DNA of 64,000 nucleotides from IMG/VR virus record IMGVR_UViG_3300023251_000001, positions 7,606 through 71,605 of that record; one strand, given 5' to 3'. Source of the stretch: a virus. Below the pieces are notes generated by a model that saw only the letters and a program-made list of their open reading frames with translations, had not been told where the DNA came from and did not search any database. Shown here in pieces: positions 33,995-45,271 of the stretch. Positions within the stretch are counted from its first letter, which is position 1. Each line of letters starts with the position of its first letter. The position numbers were made by a program, and so were the translations under genes.

Positions 33995-36900
33995 TTTTAG
34001 AATTCACTGACGTAGACTTGAACAGAATCGAACAGAGCCAAGTCAATCCCCATGCCTGCCAGAATGTGATAACGCCCAGCCCTAGGATACCGGGGATTAG
34101 CCAGTTCCACAGGAGCATCACGAATAATCCACCGAGCAGAGAAAAACCTGCACCTGTGAACAAACCACCAATTAACGCTAACAGAATCAAGAATCCTCTC
34201 ATTTTGCCTCCTTAGTTCATTACGGTTTTCCACGAGATAACGTAGTCTCGGCCTACTTTCTTAACCCCATATCCGTCATCTCGAAGCATGTTTATCGCTT
34301 CTTGCCACAAATTGCTGGATATCACAGCAACGAGGCGTCCTTGACCAGACATGGACCGAATTAACTTCTTCGCCCTCTTGAACTGTTTGTTATGTCTCTT
34401 AGCTCTTTCAAACGCTTCGTGTCTATACATCTTTATCCCTCTTTGCCTTTATAAGCATATGTACTTCTCCCGGATAGGCGGCAGCATAATCCTTTGCATC
34501 TTTCACGTAATCTGACAAACCCCATCCAGACCAGCAATGATTCGCATTTTCTCCAGTAATATCCATGTATGCACGTTGGACAGCCATCCGCATCGGAAAA
34601 TCACATCCGTGTGGAAGTTTATCTCTTGTGGTAGGGCCGATTGTACAACTCCAGTATTCCTTTTCCATATTCCCTCCTTGCCACAAATATTACTAACTTG
34701 TTGGGGTAGCTTCTTCCTCGCTATCTAAGTTCCAGTCTAGTAAAAAGTGTTCACAACTATCCTCGATAAACGGGGCAGTCACGAAGAACGATTGCCGTCT
34801 TGAAGCGACTGCCATAAACCTGTAGCACCGGTCACGCTGACAGCAAACTTCTTCATCTCTCTTCCCGTTACACATTGTGATATCTGGCATCATTCCTCCC
34901 TGCTAATTTCAGTCAACTCGTAGAATGGATCATCGAAGTCAATATCGATGTTTTTTCCCCGCTTAGGCAAGAATTCTGACCTATCGCTCCAGTTTATGAA
35001 TTCAACTCGGCCATGTTCATAAAGAAATACGACATATTCCCTTGGTTTGACAATAGCCTTGATGAAATTACTCTTGGTTTGATTAAGATCTGTGTAGATC
35101 ATTCTACTTCACGCATCGATAAGTCGCACCACCGTATAATGACAGCTGTTTCTCTGCCTAGTGAATCTACGCCAAAGAATACAGTTGCATCGCTTAGAGA
35201 GACAGCGCCAGCCCAACTTACATACCAATAGCCCTCGTTGTAACATCCATCTTCACCACAAGATCCGTAAAAAGTAGCCCCTCTATGATTACGGACTAAA
35301 TTTTCAATCGTCAGACATTCTGTATTGCATTTTGCTTCAGTTTTCTCAAATTTAATCATCCCAACAACACCTCCATTATTTTCACCGCTTCTTCGTAAGT
35401 CTCCGCTTCAAACATATTAGTACACTTCGCAACGAAAGGAGATGAAGAGGCTTCATCAACATCTCCTTGATCGAAGAACCTACGTAAGAACAGCTTCCCG
35501 TTTGAGTGTTTGTAAGCGTACCATTCTAACATAAGGCACTCTCCTCGATAACGAACTGTCTGGTATTGCTCAACATCTCTAAGACAAACTTCTCATCGAA
35601 ATCTAGACCATCATAGTCACTGTTGCTTATTTCGCGAACAGCAGATACGTAAGCAACCAGAGAGGCTCTTTCATGATTCATCCCTTCGCCAATAAGCTTT
35701 CCTGCTTCGAATGCCAGAGCAATAGAAATCCCGGTACCTACTGCTATGCTGTCAGTATGATTCATCGTTTCTCCTCAAAGTAGATAGTTACGTCGCAATC
35801 CAATACTTGGATTCTTGTCTTTTTGCTAGAAAGGGAAGTGATAACTGTCCCTTTGAACATGCCTAACACTTCAATCCCTTTGTCAAGTAGATTCATGATG
35901 AATAAAACTTGAACCCAGTCACCCATCCCGTCAATGCGGATAAGAAGAGGAGTTCCCGGCTTAAGCATCGCCTTAGAAGCTTCCAAAGGAGACATCGTCT
36001 TCTCTGCATATGTACCATTCTCGAATTTTAGCATATTTCCCTCCAATAGATGTCAAGATCGACCCATTTGCGTATAATGACCGTTGTGCTGGTACTTTTG
36101 CCGTCAACATATTTGAAATTAAAGTATCTGTCTAAGTCCCCCGACTCCGAATCATAAAGGATAGCAATACCTGTCCTCGTTATCAGGAAAAGGCCTTCTG
36201 CTGTGCCTACGCGACCGAAGAATGTCCTACCCGCTTTTCCTTCGAGCGTATGAATCTTAACTACGTCTTCGCATACTTCTTCTCTCTCATCAAATACGTT
36301 AATCATGTGAACCTCCTAATTTCGATTAACTATAGTATACAGCCTTTTAACGCTGCCGTCAAGTCGGTTTTGTCTATTTTACCTCTTTCCACGTCCGTTT
36401 CGCCCTGCCTACAGGTTTGATGTATTCGAACACCACAGAAAAATAGCCAGACTGGTAGAAGCTGATCTTCTTATACACTCCTTTCAATGTCTCACAGAAT
36501 ACGTGATGACCATCCGGATAGACGCCTCTCGGACCATGTCCAGTACCACCGCCTTCGAAAGCCGTCTTTACTACAACATACCTACCGCACGGCAAAGGTG
36601 CATGCTCTTCAGTTAAGACAATTACATCGCCTTCTTTTAGTTTTTCATATCTCATATTGTCTCCTTAGATCTTTGTTTGAAGATGAGTTATTGGTGAGTA
36701 CAAAACATTGTAGACTTCTGTGTTTCCTTCTAACCAATCGCACCTAAGTTTATTTATGCTCTTCGGATCGATTCTAATCAACAATGTTCCATTTTTGTAA
36801 CAAAACCATTCTTTTCCGTTAATCTCTCCCCAGAAAAACTTCTCTAGATCGATGTCTTGAAGCAGCATGCGTTTCTTAGTTATTTCCGCCATCGTAGCCT

Positions 36901-37692
36901 CCTACATATTTCCTTCATCAGCCTTTCTGTCGCTAGAGAAACCTCGATTAAGGCAGCGGCCCAGCTTTCTCCTGCCAAGTCGTACACAAACTTGTCGCTC
37001 CTGCCCTCTGACATGAAGAATACATAACGAAGTCTCTTCATGTATTCTGGATCGTTTAATCGTCTCTCGCGTTTATTTACCATGAGATTTTGTAGTAGTT
37101 GTTTTGCAACTTGTAGTCGTAATAATAACCACTCGCACTTACGTATAGAGGAGGCGAGATGCACTCAACCTTGTAACCTAATGCTTCTAGGACGATCTTT
37201 ATTGATGAGATATATCCCTTCACGTTAAGAGTATCAAACCCCGCTTTAGACCGCACCTTGATCATTCTTAGAATTTTCTTCAGCTTTTCATCATGCTTGT
37301 TCGCAATCTTTCTAGCTGCTGTTGCTCCGAACCATTTCATGTTAGCCTCCCTTATTTGTTCTGGACTTCTCACAGGCTTCCAGTTTTCTTAAAGCTTCAT
37401 TACGTTCTTGTCTAAGCCTGTTAATCTTATTCTTCAAAGCTTGTTCGTTTCTACTACTCATCCAACCACCTCGTAACTACTGTATTCTGGATCATTTAAG
37501 CGCCTAGTCTTTTTGTCCATGTTCAATCACTCCTTCAACAATCTTCTTGCCACAGTAGCAACAGAATAACATACCATTCTCAGACGGACTCCCTTCAATG
37601 ATCGTAAAAAGGTTACCGCAAGCTGTCTTCCACATATCAGAGCAATCATCCCATGGGTCGTTCTTCCACTCGCATTCGTTCATCTCAATCAC
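33987..37692 (-). other. cluster of about 14 small co-directional hypothetical ORFs (60-100 aa)
   Basis: Tightly packed, stop/start-overlapping ORFs with GGAGG SDs; promoters at 36334-36362 and 37702-37730. Confidence 0.6.
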
Positions 37693-37827
37693 CTCGCAAT
37701 CACTTTACCACGAAACAACCGTAAAGTCAAGGTTCTAGATAGGACATTTGTCCAAGATTATGTAAGCAAAAATCCCCTCGATATTTCGAAGGGATTAACG
37801 CTAGGTTGAGGTGCCACTAGATTGTAA

Positions 37828-38013
37828 TTATGTGAGACTGGGACGGTCAATCCTCATCCCTGGTATTGGTCCTGTCTTACGAAGTACATATCCAGCCCTT
37901 TCCAGCCTACGCTTGATAGTAGTTTTATGTACCTTCCTCGTCGTGGCTAGATCTTCCAACGAAGCACCTTTGTAATACAGCATTGCGAGTCTGTCTATCG
38001 CTCTCATTCTCAT
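37828..38013 (-). CDS. HTH protein, duplicate of the N-terminus of the neighbouring endonuclease
   Basis: LYY.G.ASL..L....VHKTTIKRRLER.GY shared with 38060 ORF; own promoter 38035-38063. Confidence 0.75.
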   Translation of the reverse strand: MRMRAIDRLAMLYYKGASLEDLATTRKVHKTTIKRRLERAGYVLRKTGPIPGMRIDRPSLT

Positions 38014-38059
38014 ATTGGCCTCCCTTTAATCTGTATTGTAGCATAGAACTGACGGTTTG

Positions 38060-38515
38060 TCAACGATCAAGATATTCCCATGCTGATAATAAAGTATTCC
38101 CGTTGTCGTTGAAATTTCCGAGGCCGTGATTGCATGCCCTGCATAGCAAACCACGAACCTTGCCAGTTTTATGATCATGGTCAATGTGGACTCCCATTTT
38201 CCAAGTAGATGGAATCTCTTTGCCGCAAATAGCGCAACCTCCTAGTTGTTCCTTGTACATTCTATCGTAATCGTCAAACGTCATACCGTAAAGATACTTC
38301 AGCGTCTCTGCCCTCTCCTTCAAGCTGAGAGGCAATTTGGACTTTCTTCCTCGCATTGGACCCATTTTACGAACCTTGTATCCGTTGCGTTCCAACCTAC
38401 GTTTAATGGTAGTTTTATGAACGCCCTCAATAGCACCTAGCTCTCTCAGTGATGCCTTCTCATCTCCGTAGTATAATTCTGCTAGTTCTTCAATCGGCAT
38501 GCTTTTCTTGGTCAT
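38060..38515 (-). CDS. HTH + Endonuclease VII-type HNH protein
   Basis: YGMT..DY..M...Q.G.CAICG...HIDHDH.TGKVRGLLC..CN.GLG; promoter 38536-38564. Confidence 0.88.
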   Translation of the reverse strand: MTKKSMPIEELAELYYGDEKASLRELGAIEGVHKTTIKRRLERNGYKVRKMGPMRGRKSKLPLSLKERAETLKYLYGMTFDDYDRMYKEQLGGCAICGKEIPSTWKMGVHIDHDHKTGKVRGLLCRACNHGLGNFNDNGNTLLSAWEYLDR

Positions 38516-39376
38516 TGTAATTCCTCCTAACTGCTATTATAGCACAAGTTGTTGCAACCGTCAAGTCGGTTTACTGTGTTATAGGAGATGGAATGGGTAG
38601 AGAGTCTGAGAATCCTCAAAATTATATTTTCCTGCAGGTCTATGGATGCGAGATTACGACTCCGTAAAGTACTGACAGATTTTTAACTTTGATTGAATGT
38701 TTATGGTAAAGCTTAATGGGTGAAGAGTCGGGAAAATGGGAGATGTGACGTAAGTGTAGGGTAGCTCGCGTTATCGTATGGGAGGGGATGCCCAGGGGCG
38801 GCCTATTCAATCACAATTAACTACAATCAATTAGAATATAGGAAAGAAACAGCCGATAATGGGCCTATTATCGGGAGTTGTTGCGTCTTGTTCGTGCTAT
38901 TTGGAGTTGTTCAATCGCTAAAGCGCTATTCTGATCTATGTTATAGCGATTTTATTTTAGCGCTCGCAACATTCCTCATACTTATGATGCGAGTACTATT
39001 GGTCGATTTCTCCTATGTTTCAATAGTTTCAGTTATGATTGAACTGATTGAACTAACTTAGGTGTGACGTGATGGCACTGTATGCATTTGGTATACAGTG
39101 TACTCAAGTCAATGAGCGTATCCCTTATCCTATCTAGAGAAATTGACTTCTACTCTACTTAGTCCACTGCTTAGCTAACCTATCGCCTCATTTCTCCTAG
39201 TTTATAATAGAAACTCCCAGCGCCTCCCTCTCTCCACTAGTACTAACCACAGTGTAATATAAATGAGGGGATATAGGGACATCGTCCCAGATCTATATAG
39301 ATTCAAGCAAAGTTAGGTGGATCATGCTCACCTATATAGGACGGCGTTATTGTACTGCCCACACGTACAGGATCAA

Positions 39377-39432
39377 GGACAACTGTCCTCTCTAGCATGG
39401 ACACATGTCTCCTCTGTATAGGACAGCTGACC
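39377..39432. promoter_or_regulatory. three phased palindromic boxes (GGACAnnTGWCY) at 22-bp spacing
   Basis: GGACAACTGTCC 39377, GGACACATGTCT 39399, GGACAGCTGACC 39421. Confidence 0.65.
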
Positions 39433-40090
39433 ATTGAGATGTCTTCGTTAAGATGGATACTCTTATCGGTTCATTGACAAGTTGACTTGCTCATGAGTAT
39501 CGCGTGGACAGTGTATAACCGCCCTAACAGGTCCATAAGTACACCGGTTACAGTGCGTCAATCAAACGCCCTCAATGCCAGAGTAAACGGTCTTAAGTCA
39601 CTACTGGCAGCCTAACACGTGCGGATAAAATCATGAGACGGTTAACAGGTTAACGGTCATTTACAGCAGAAACTATGAGCTTCCCCTAGAAAACGGGGAT
39701 TATGCCCATTATATGAACAACGTCCACTGAAAAGGTGGATTCCTCCTAGAAAAGAGGAGATGAGACGCAACTATCGTTGTTCCTGCACATAATAGAGGGG
39801 TTTCCATAGCTCCTCGCTTGTTCTCAGATGTTTGGGGCAAGCTACTCAGAACATATTCAACAATCTGTATTTCAGCTGGAGAATCCGGCTTTATAGGATA
39901 ATCCACTTAGATATAGCCTTCTAGATGATAGTGGTCTACAATGAATGATTCGCAGGTAGAATCAATCAAAGTTAACGAAACGTCGTCAACATGAGGGCTA
40001 TCTCATGAAACTAACTAGATTGTAGTAGAAACACTGAGAAATTAGTTAGGTTTCCCATCTTGCCCTATATCCTAATAGGAGGTAGGAGCA

Positions 40091-41668
40091 ATGACTCTTT
40101 TACAGTACAAAACCGGCAAACGCAGTAAGATTCAGTCGAAAGTATTCATTAACCAGTACTTCGCAGAGAAGTGGGTTGATTCATGCAGAGACTACTTACA
40201 ATGGTGGAGTTATAGCAACTCCAACAAGATTGTATCAATTGCTGGTGAAATCTTGTTTGATTTCGTAGAATCTGAACGAACATACTAGGAGTGATGGGAA
40301 ATGCATATGTTAATCTACAGGCTAATGGAAGATAATGATTCTAAGGTACTTACGTTCGTTTCTGCGAGTTGTGCATACAAGTTCCTAGTTAAACTGCAAA
40401 GTAAGCCGATTTGGTGGACTTTGTGGGAGATTGGGGAGGTTTGCACAAAAGATGGTAGTCATTCACATATCTTCGTAGATTCGGAGGGAATATCATGAAA
40501 CATTACATAGTCTGGTTCAAACTGATAGATCATGAGACAATTCAAGCAATGGAATGTGATTCTACGAGCGAAGCCTACAATCTCCTACTTTTCTATGCAA
40601 AGTCCTTGGAATGGTGGGAATTGTATGACAACGAATATAAACTCACAGAAGAAAGTAAAGCTGTGCAGTTTAGAATCGCTTCTAGGAAGTACTCATGATT
40701 ACTCACGTAGTCTGCTACAAAACACGCAATTCAAGGTGCGTCTATGTAGAGCTATTTCATTCTCTGGTCTTTGCGGAGAAATGGATAACTTCTCATGGTC
40801 GTCACCATGTTTACTGGATTTTGAAGGAAATTACAGGATTTCATGCCGAAAAAGGGTGTGCCACCTATAAAATCCTCAAAACAGATGAAAGTGAGGAGAA
40901 GTGAATGAAACGTATTGAAATCAACGAGATTCAACCGATAGGTAGCAAAACCTGCAAGTTTATCCGCAAGATGCTTGTAAAATGGGGTATCCTGCAGCAA
41001 GTTATAGGATACTAGGACAAACAAGGCGGATATAGGGCAAAATGGGGAATCTAACTGATAACTATGGAAAAGACGTATAATTTGCATCATTCTGCCCTTT
41101 TGTAGGATAAAAGAGGAGCAAAGAATGAGAGTGTTCATATTAAGATATGAAATGTTCAAAGATGAGGTAAAATGCTCAAAGTGCTTCAATACTCCTTATT
41201 CCGCCTACTTCTGGGTCGATAAGAACAGGTTAGGCATGAAATGGGTAAGTTGCCATCAATTATGCACAACTGTATCAACTGTTGGCATGATTGATGAGAA
41301 ACTCTGTTTTTCTAGGGGTTTCAATGAAGATGGCAGTCTTTCTACTAGAACTCCGTGGGGAATCCCATATTATGAGGAAATCTGCGAGAAACTAGGAGAA
41401 GCTAATGCTTCATGATGGAAGGTTGTATATTGTAACATCTTTGGCTAGAAATGCACCGATTCGCCCCAATTCTGGCGATTTCAAGGTGAAAACATTTGCG
41501 ACTGCCGAACTTGCGGATAAATGGTTCGAAGCTAATCAATCCTACTTAGAGTGGGCCGAATTTAGCAGAACCTCTCCAGTTAGGCACAGAGATGGCAGTT
41601 TCATACGGTTTATCAGCAAAACCTTTAAGTTCGATGAAGAGCAAGGTTTTTGTGTGAGAAGGTCGTAA
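40091..41668 (+). other. six small plus-strand ORFs (40091, 40301, 40495, 40695, 41125, 41405), apparent paralogue family
   Basis: SD-led, start/stop-coupled; shared F-x5-A-x2-W-x~9-W pattern. Confidence 0.65.
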
Positions 41669-41790
41669 AACATAGGACAAATAGCTACAAATGGGCAGAA
41701 TGATGCACTTTATACGTCGAACGCCTATAATCTGCATCATCCTACTCATTATGCTTAAGAACTGCAGCAATTGCTGCAAAAAGGAGCAAA

Positions 41791-42543
41791 ATGAGTACAA
41801 GATGCCAAGTTCAACTAGTTTTTGAAGGAAATGATTGGAATACCGGCGAAGCCAAGACATTCTGGGATAAATCCATTGTTTTGTATCATCATTGTGATGG
41901 TTACCCAGAAAACATGATACCTGTGCTGATTAGAGCATATGGTAGTGGAATGGCTGGTATTGTAGGAGATTACCTCAGCTATCATGAGGATCTAAGTGGA
42001 TTCAGCGGACACTACTATGATTCATTGTTTAGTAGTGCAAAAGCGGTGAATTACATAGTTGCTGCTGATCCTAAGCATTTTGAAATAGAACCTAATGGTT
42101 GTAGGGAGTTTCTGCATGGAGATATTGAATTCTTTTATAGAGTATTCATTTCTCCTACAAAGTGGGAGATTCAAGTATTTACCCCTGATAACCGCAAAGA
42201 TTTCTGGGAAACTGCTTCAATCCACTCGCTTGTAGCAATTACTCCTAGAATGTCCTTAAAGCTAGCAGCCCAATGGGTCGTGAATACGCTAGGACAGAAG
42301 CTAATGGTTTCTCCTATAAAGAAGGCGAAACCAGCAGTTTCTCCTACAAATGATGCACTTCTCACAGAAAACTATATGATTGCATATGCTTCAGTGGATT
42401 TCGGTGAAGATGGTTCAATCATGTTTGAAACAAGGGAAGAAGCGGATGTTTGGATAGAAGAACATAAAAGCGAAGTGCTTTTCGCTGATTTGTACGTAAG
42501 AGATTGGAAACACATTGTTTGGATCAGACCTACAGTGAAGTAA
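41791..42543 (+). CDS. conserved phage early hypothetical protein
   Basis: MSTRCQV...LYHHCDGYPE...HGDIEFFY. Confidence 0.7.
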   Translation: MSTRCQVQLVFEGNDWNTGEAKTFWDKSIVLYHHCDGYPENMIPVLIRAYGSGMAGIVGDYLSYHEDLSGFSGHYYDSLFSSAKAVNYIVAADPKHFEIEPNGCREFLHGDIEFFYRVFISPTKWEIQVFTPDNRKDFWETASIHSLVAITPRMSLKLAAQWVVNTLGQKLMVSPIKKAKPAVSPTNDALLTENYMIAYASVDFGEDGSIMFETREEADVWIEEHKSEVLFADLYVRDWKHIVWIRPTVK

Positions 42544-42647
42544 GCACAACCTGAGCAAAGTATAGCATAATGAGTAGAATGATGCATTTTATAGGCAAAT
42601 ACCTTACAACCTGCATAATCCTGCCAATTACCAACAGGAGTTGCGAT

Positions 42648-43094
42648 ATGTTGATAGCACATCCTACAACTGAAGATCATTACAGGAAATATGCTGAACT
42701 TGCAGAGCTTACCGGATTTACCCCTACATCTCATCATCCTATGGGAGAATATGAGTATCTTCTGGAGAAATACCTAGAAGATCATCTACTCAACAATATT
42801 CCATTGAAAGAATGGGATTCATGGGGAGTTTGGCTACAATGTAGCACAAAACGCCTAAGTACAGCAGAACTGTGCTGCTTAGGCAAACACCTAGTCATTT
42901 ACCGTGTTTTAGGTGCATTTCCCATCTTTTACAAGAGAATTCATGGGAATTGTCTAACAACTACTGGATTCATAGAGCTTTCAAGGATTTCTCAGAGAGT
43001 ATATGAGGATCTGGACAAGAATCAGGAAAAGTATGAAGTTTGGGCAGAACAGACTAGAAACCGCTTTATTGAAGCGAATGTTAAGATAGTCTAG
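42648..43094 (+). CDS. hypothetical protein
   Basis: Start MLIAHP with AGGAG SD directly after inverted-repeat arm. Confidence 0.65.
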   Translation: MLIAHPTTEDHYRKYAELAELTGFTPTSHHPMGEYEYLLEKYLEDHLLNNIPLKEWDSWGVWLQCSTKRLSTAELCCLGKHLVIYRVLGAFPIFYKRIHGNCLTTTGFIELSRISQRVYEDLDKNQEKYEVWAEQTRNRFIEANVKIV

Positions 43095-43181
43095 CTTTAA
43101 CTGTTACAAAAAGCTGGTAGTTGGCAGAATTATGCAGATTGTAAGGGCAATACACATCTTACCACAGATTGAAGGAGAATT

Positions 43182-43944
43182 ATGTACAAGTCAATCGAAT
43201 TGGTGATTTCCTTAGAGAATGATGCATTTAATGCAAACTTCTCGGATGTTCGCAGTGAAATGAGTGGAATGTGTGAGAGAATCATAGATTACACTGAAAC
43301 TGCGGCAATGTTAGGGACTGATGGTGAAAGATGCTGGCCTATAGTAGATTCCAATGGAATTGAGGTAGGTTACATCAAAACTGTTGATCTTAAGGAGGAA
43401 CCCACATGTTCTTACTAATCTTCCGATTTGTCGGTGAAACTGCGTGGAATTACAGAGAAGTTGATGAGATATATGAAGAACAGCAACTTCTTATTCATTA
43501 CTCGCGGATTGCAGGGAAAGTTATTGAAGAATCCCAGCGTCTAGGAGGAAATGATGAAATCTGTGCATTCTTAGGAGTAGATGTGGAAAGTACTGAGATT
43601 AAGCATGAAAAGGTGGTATGGTCATGAAAATGCCTGAATCCATAGTGAATAAACTACATCCTGCTAGATTTAGCGAGATGTCACCTAAAATGGCTGCATT
43701 TGTGGGGTTTATATGCGATGTTGCTTATACTGACCCAAAAATCACAAGTGTTAGCGTAACATCAGATGGTTTCCTACTTTGTCAGAGAAATCATGATGTT
43801 TGGCATAGTTCATTTGAAGGTTCCTATCTTGACCTAGAAAACAATATGTTGCGCTTGTTTGATGCAGCTTTGCTGACAGATGACGAGCAATACACGGCTT
43901 CTAGTGTAATGAGAGGAAAAATCACAGATTGGAGGATAAATTAG
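43182..43944 (+). other. three small acidic hypothetical ORFs (43182, 43406, 43618)
   Basis: SD-led, overlapping. Confidence 0.6.
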
Positions 43945-44564
43945 TGACACATGTTAAAATCTCGGAGAAAAACAGCAAGTTAGGTCGAATTGCCAATATT
44001 TCGGTAGTTCCTGTTGAAAGCTGCCCAAACTCAGGGTTTTGTCATGAGTTGTGCTATGCTCGACCTATTTATAATAGGTTTCCTCATACTAAAGCAGCTT
44101 GGGATAGGAACTGGGAGATGTTCAAACAATCTCCTAGAACCTATCGGGATTCCATCATTTATATGCTAAATCATGGAAAGCTCGGCACTTCTGGGCTTTT
44201 CAGGTGGCATGTAGGAGGAGATATTCCAAACCAGGAGTATCTAGGCATTATGGCTGAAATTGCTGAGTCTTTCCCAGAAACTGAGTTTATGGCCTTCACT
44301 AAGGCATATTCTCTTGACTTCTGTGGAGTTCCAAGTAACTTCCATACAATCATGTCTGCTTGGGCAGGAATGCCCATAAACACTGACTTTCCAATAGCTT
44401 ATGTGAAAGAATTGGATAATCGGTGGGAAGATCATGAGATTGTTTATGATTGTGCAGGAGATTGCAGAAGTTGCCGAAAGTGCTGGGAAGCTGAGAAAGG
44501 TTCAGCTATTACCTTGCATTTACATGGAACTAAGGCAAAATCAATACTTTCCGCATTAAACTAG
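43929..44564 (+). CDS. GP88-like (radical-SAM-related Cys-motif) protein
   Basis: ISEKNSKLG...SCP...C...CYA, FRWHVGGD, AFTK, C.G.C.SC.KCW; start probably GTG near 43944. Confidence 0.7.
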   Translation: MEDKLVTHVKISEKNSKLGRIANISVVPVESCPNSGFCHELCYARPIYNRFPHTKAAWDRNWEMFKQSPRTYRDSIIYMLNHGKLGTSGLFRWHVGGDIPNQEYLGIMAEIAESFPETEFMAFTKAYSLDFCGVPSNFHTIMSAWAGMPINTDFPIAYVKELDNRWEDHEIVYDCAGDCRSCRKCWEAEKGSAITLHLHGTKAKSILSALN

Positions 44565-44572
44565 GAGGAAAC

Positions 44573-44797
44573 ATGTACACACACGTAAACTTCCCAACAA
44601 AGAAGAGTTTGAAGCAGGCTGTAGCAGCTTTCAATGAAACCGGTGAGAATCCAGTTACTTTCTATCAACCTGGGCCATTTGGAGGTAAAGAAACTCAAAA
44701 TGGGTCATTTTGCGTAGAAGGTCCGCATTATCCACAACCTCACCGGTTTTATGCTAGTTGTAGGGCGAAAGACGGTGTAATTGTGAAGGTGTCCTAG
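44573..44797 (+). CDS. conserved phage hypothetical protein
   Basis: NFPTKKSLK.AV...YQPGPFG...EGPHYPQPH.FYA. Confidence 0.7.
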   Translation: MYTHVNFPTKKSLKQAVAAFNETGENPVTFYQPGPFGGKETQNGSFCVEGPHYPQPHRFYASCRAKDGVIVKVS

Positions 44798-44943
44798 ATT
44801 GACGTATCTTCTAGGAGGGTATAGTTGATTATCCGCAAAGGTCGGACAAAGACATGGGTTTCCCGCAAATCTCCGATAGAGTATGCAATTATCAGAGAAC
44901 GTATGGGAATCCCCACAAGATGGATGTAAGTTAGCACATTTGA

Positions 44944-44980
44944 GGGTAAGTCACCTGAAACTAGGTGGCTTGCCCTTTTT
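44944..44980 (+). terminator. intrinsic terminator
   Basis: GGGTAAGTCACCT-GAAACT-AGGTGGCTTGCCC-TTTTT. Confidence 0.7.
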
Positions 44981-45130
44981 CTATGCCTTCCTGATCTATT
45001 TGAATATGTTCTAGGAGAAGCTATGATCTTCTCATAGAATATGTTAGACTTAAGCATAATCTATTTCAATCTGTGGTAACATGTTGTAACATGAGATGAT
45101 GTAACATAGGATCACATGTCAGGATATGAC

Positions 45131-45270
45131 AGGCGAAAATATGTTGGAATAAAAAATCCTGGGCGAAAATATACTTCAAGTGAAGTCAAGCGAATTCGGG
45201 CGAAACTAGGCAAGCGAAAATTAGGCGAAAATCTCAAGCGAATTTAGCCAAGCGAATCCTGGGCGAAAAA
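45131..45270 (+). repeat. cluster of nine RRGCGAA(A/T) direct repeats
   Basis: GCGAA copies near 45133, 45163, 45190, 45201, 45214, 45225, 45238, 45251, 45263. Confidence 0.8.
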
Positions 45271-45271
45271 C

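Larger units (their letters stand above)
40041..45084 (+). repeat. chain of five long-range inverted repeats bracketing gene cassettes
   Basis: 40041-72/41028-59; 41072-105/41685-718; 41723-55/42564-96; 42602-35/43113-46; 43154-73/45065-84. Confidence 0.9.

Noticed and set aside
39709-39906. Minus-strand 65-aa ORF in the non-coding leader
   Set aside because: Isolated, lacks an SD and overlaps the hairpin cluster.
41685-42635. Integron attC sites at cassette junctions
   Set aside because: Local hairpins exist, but I see no RYYYAAC/GTTRRRY boxes or integrase, and long-range partners pair better than local ones.
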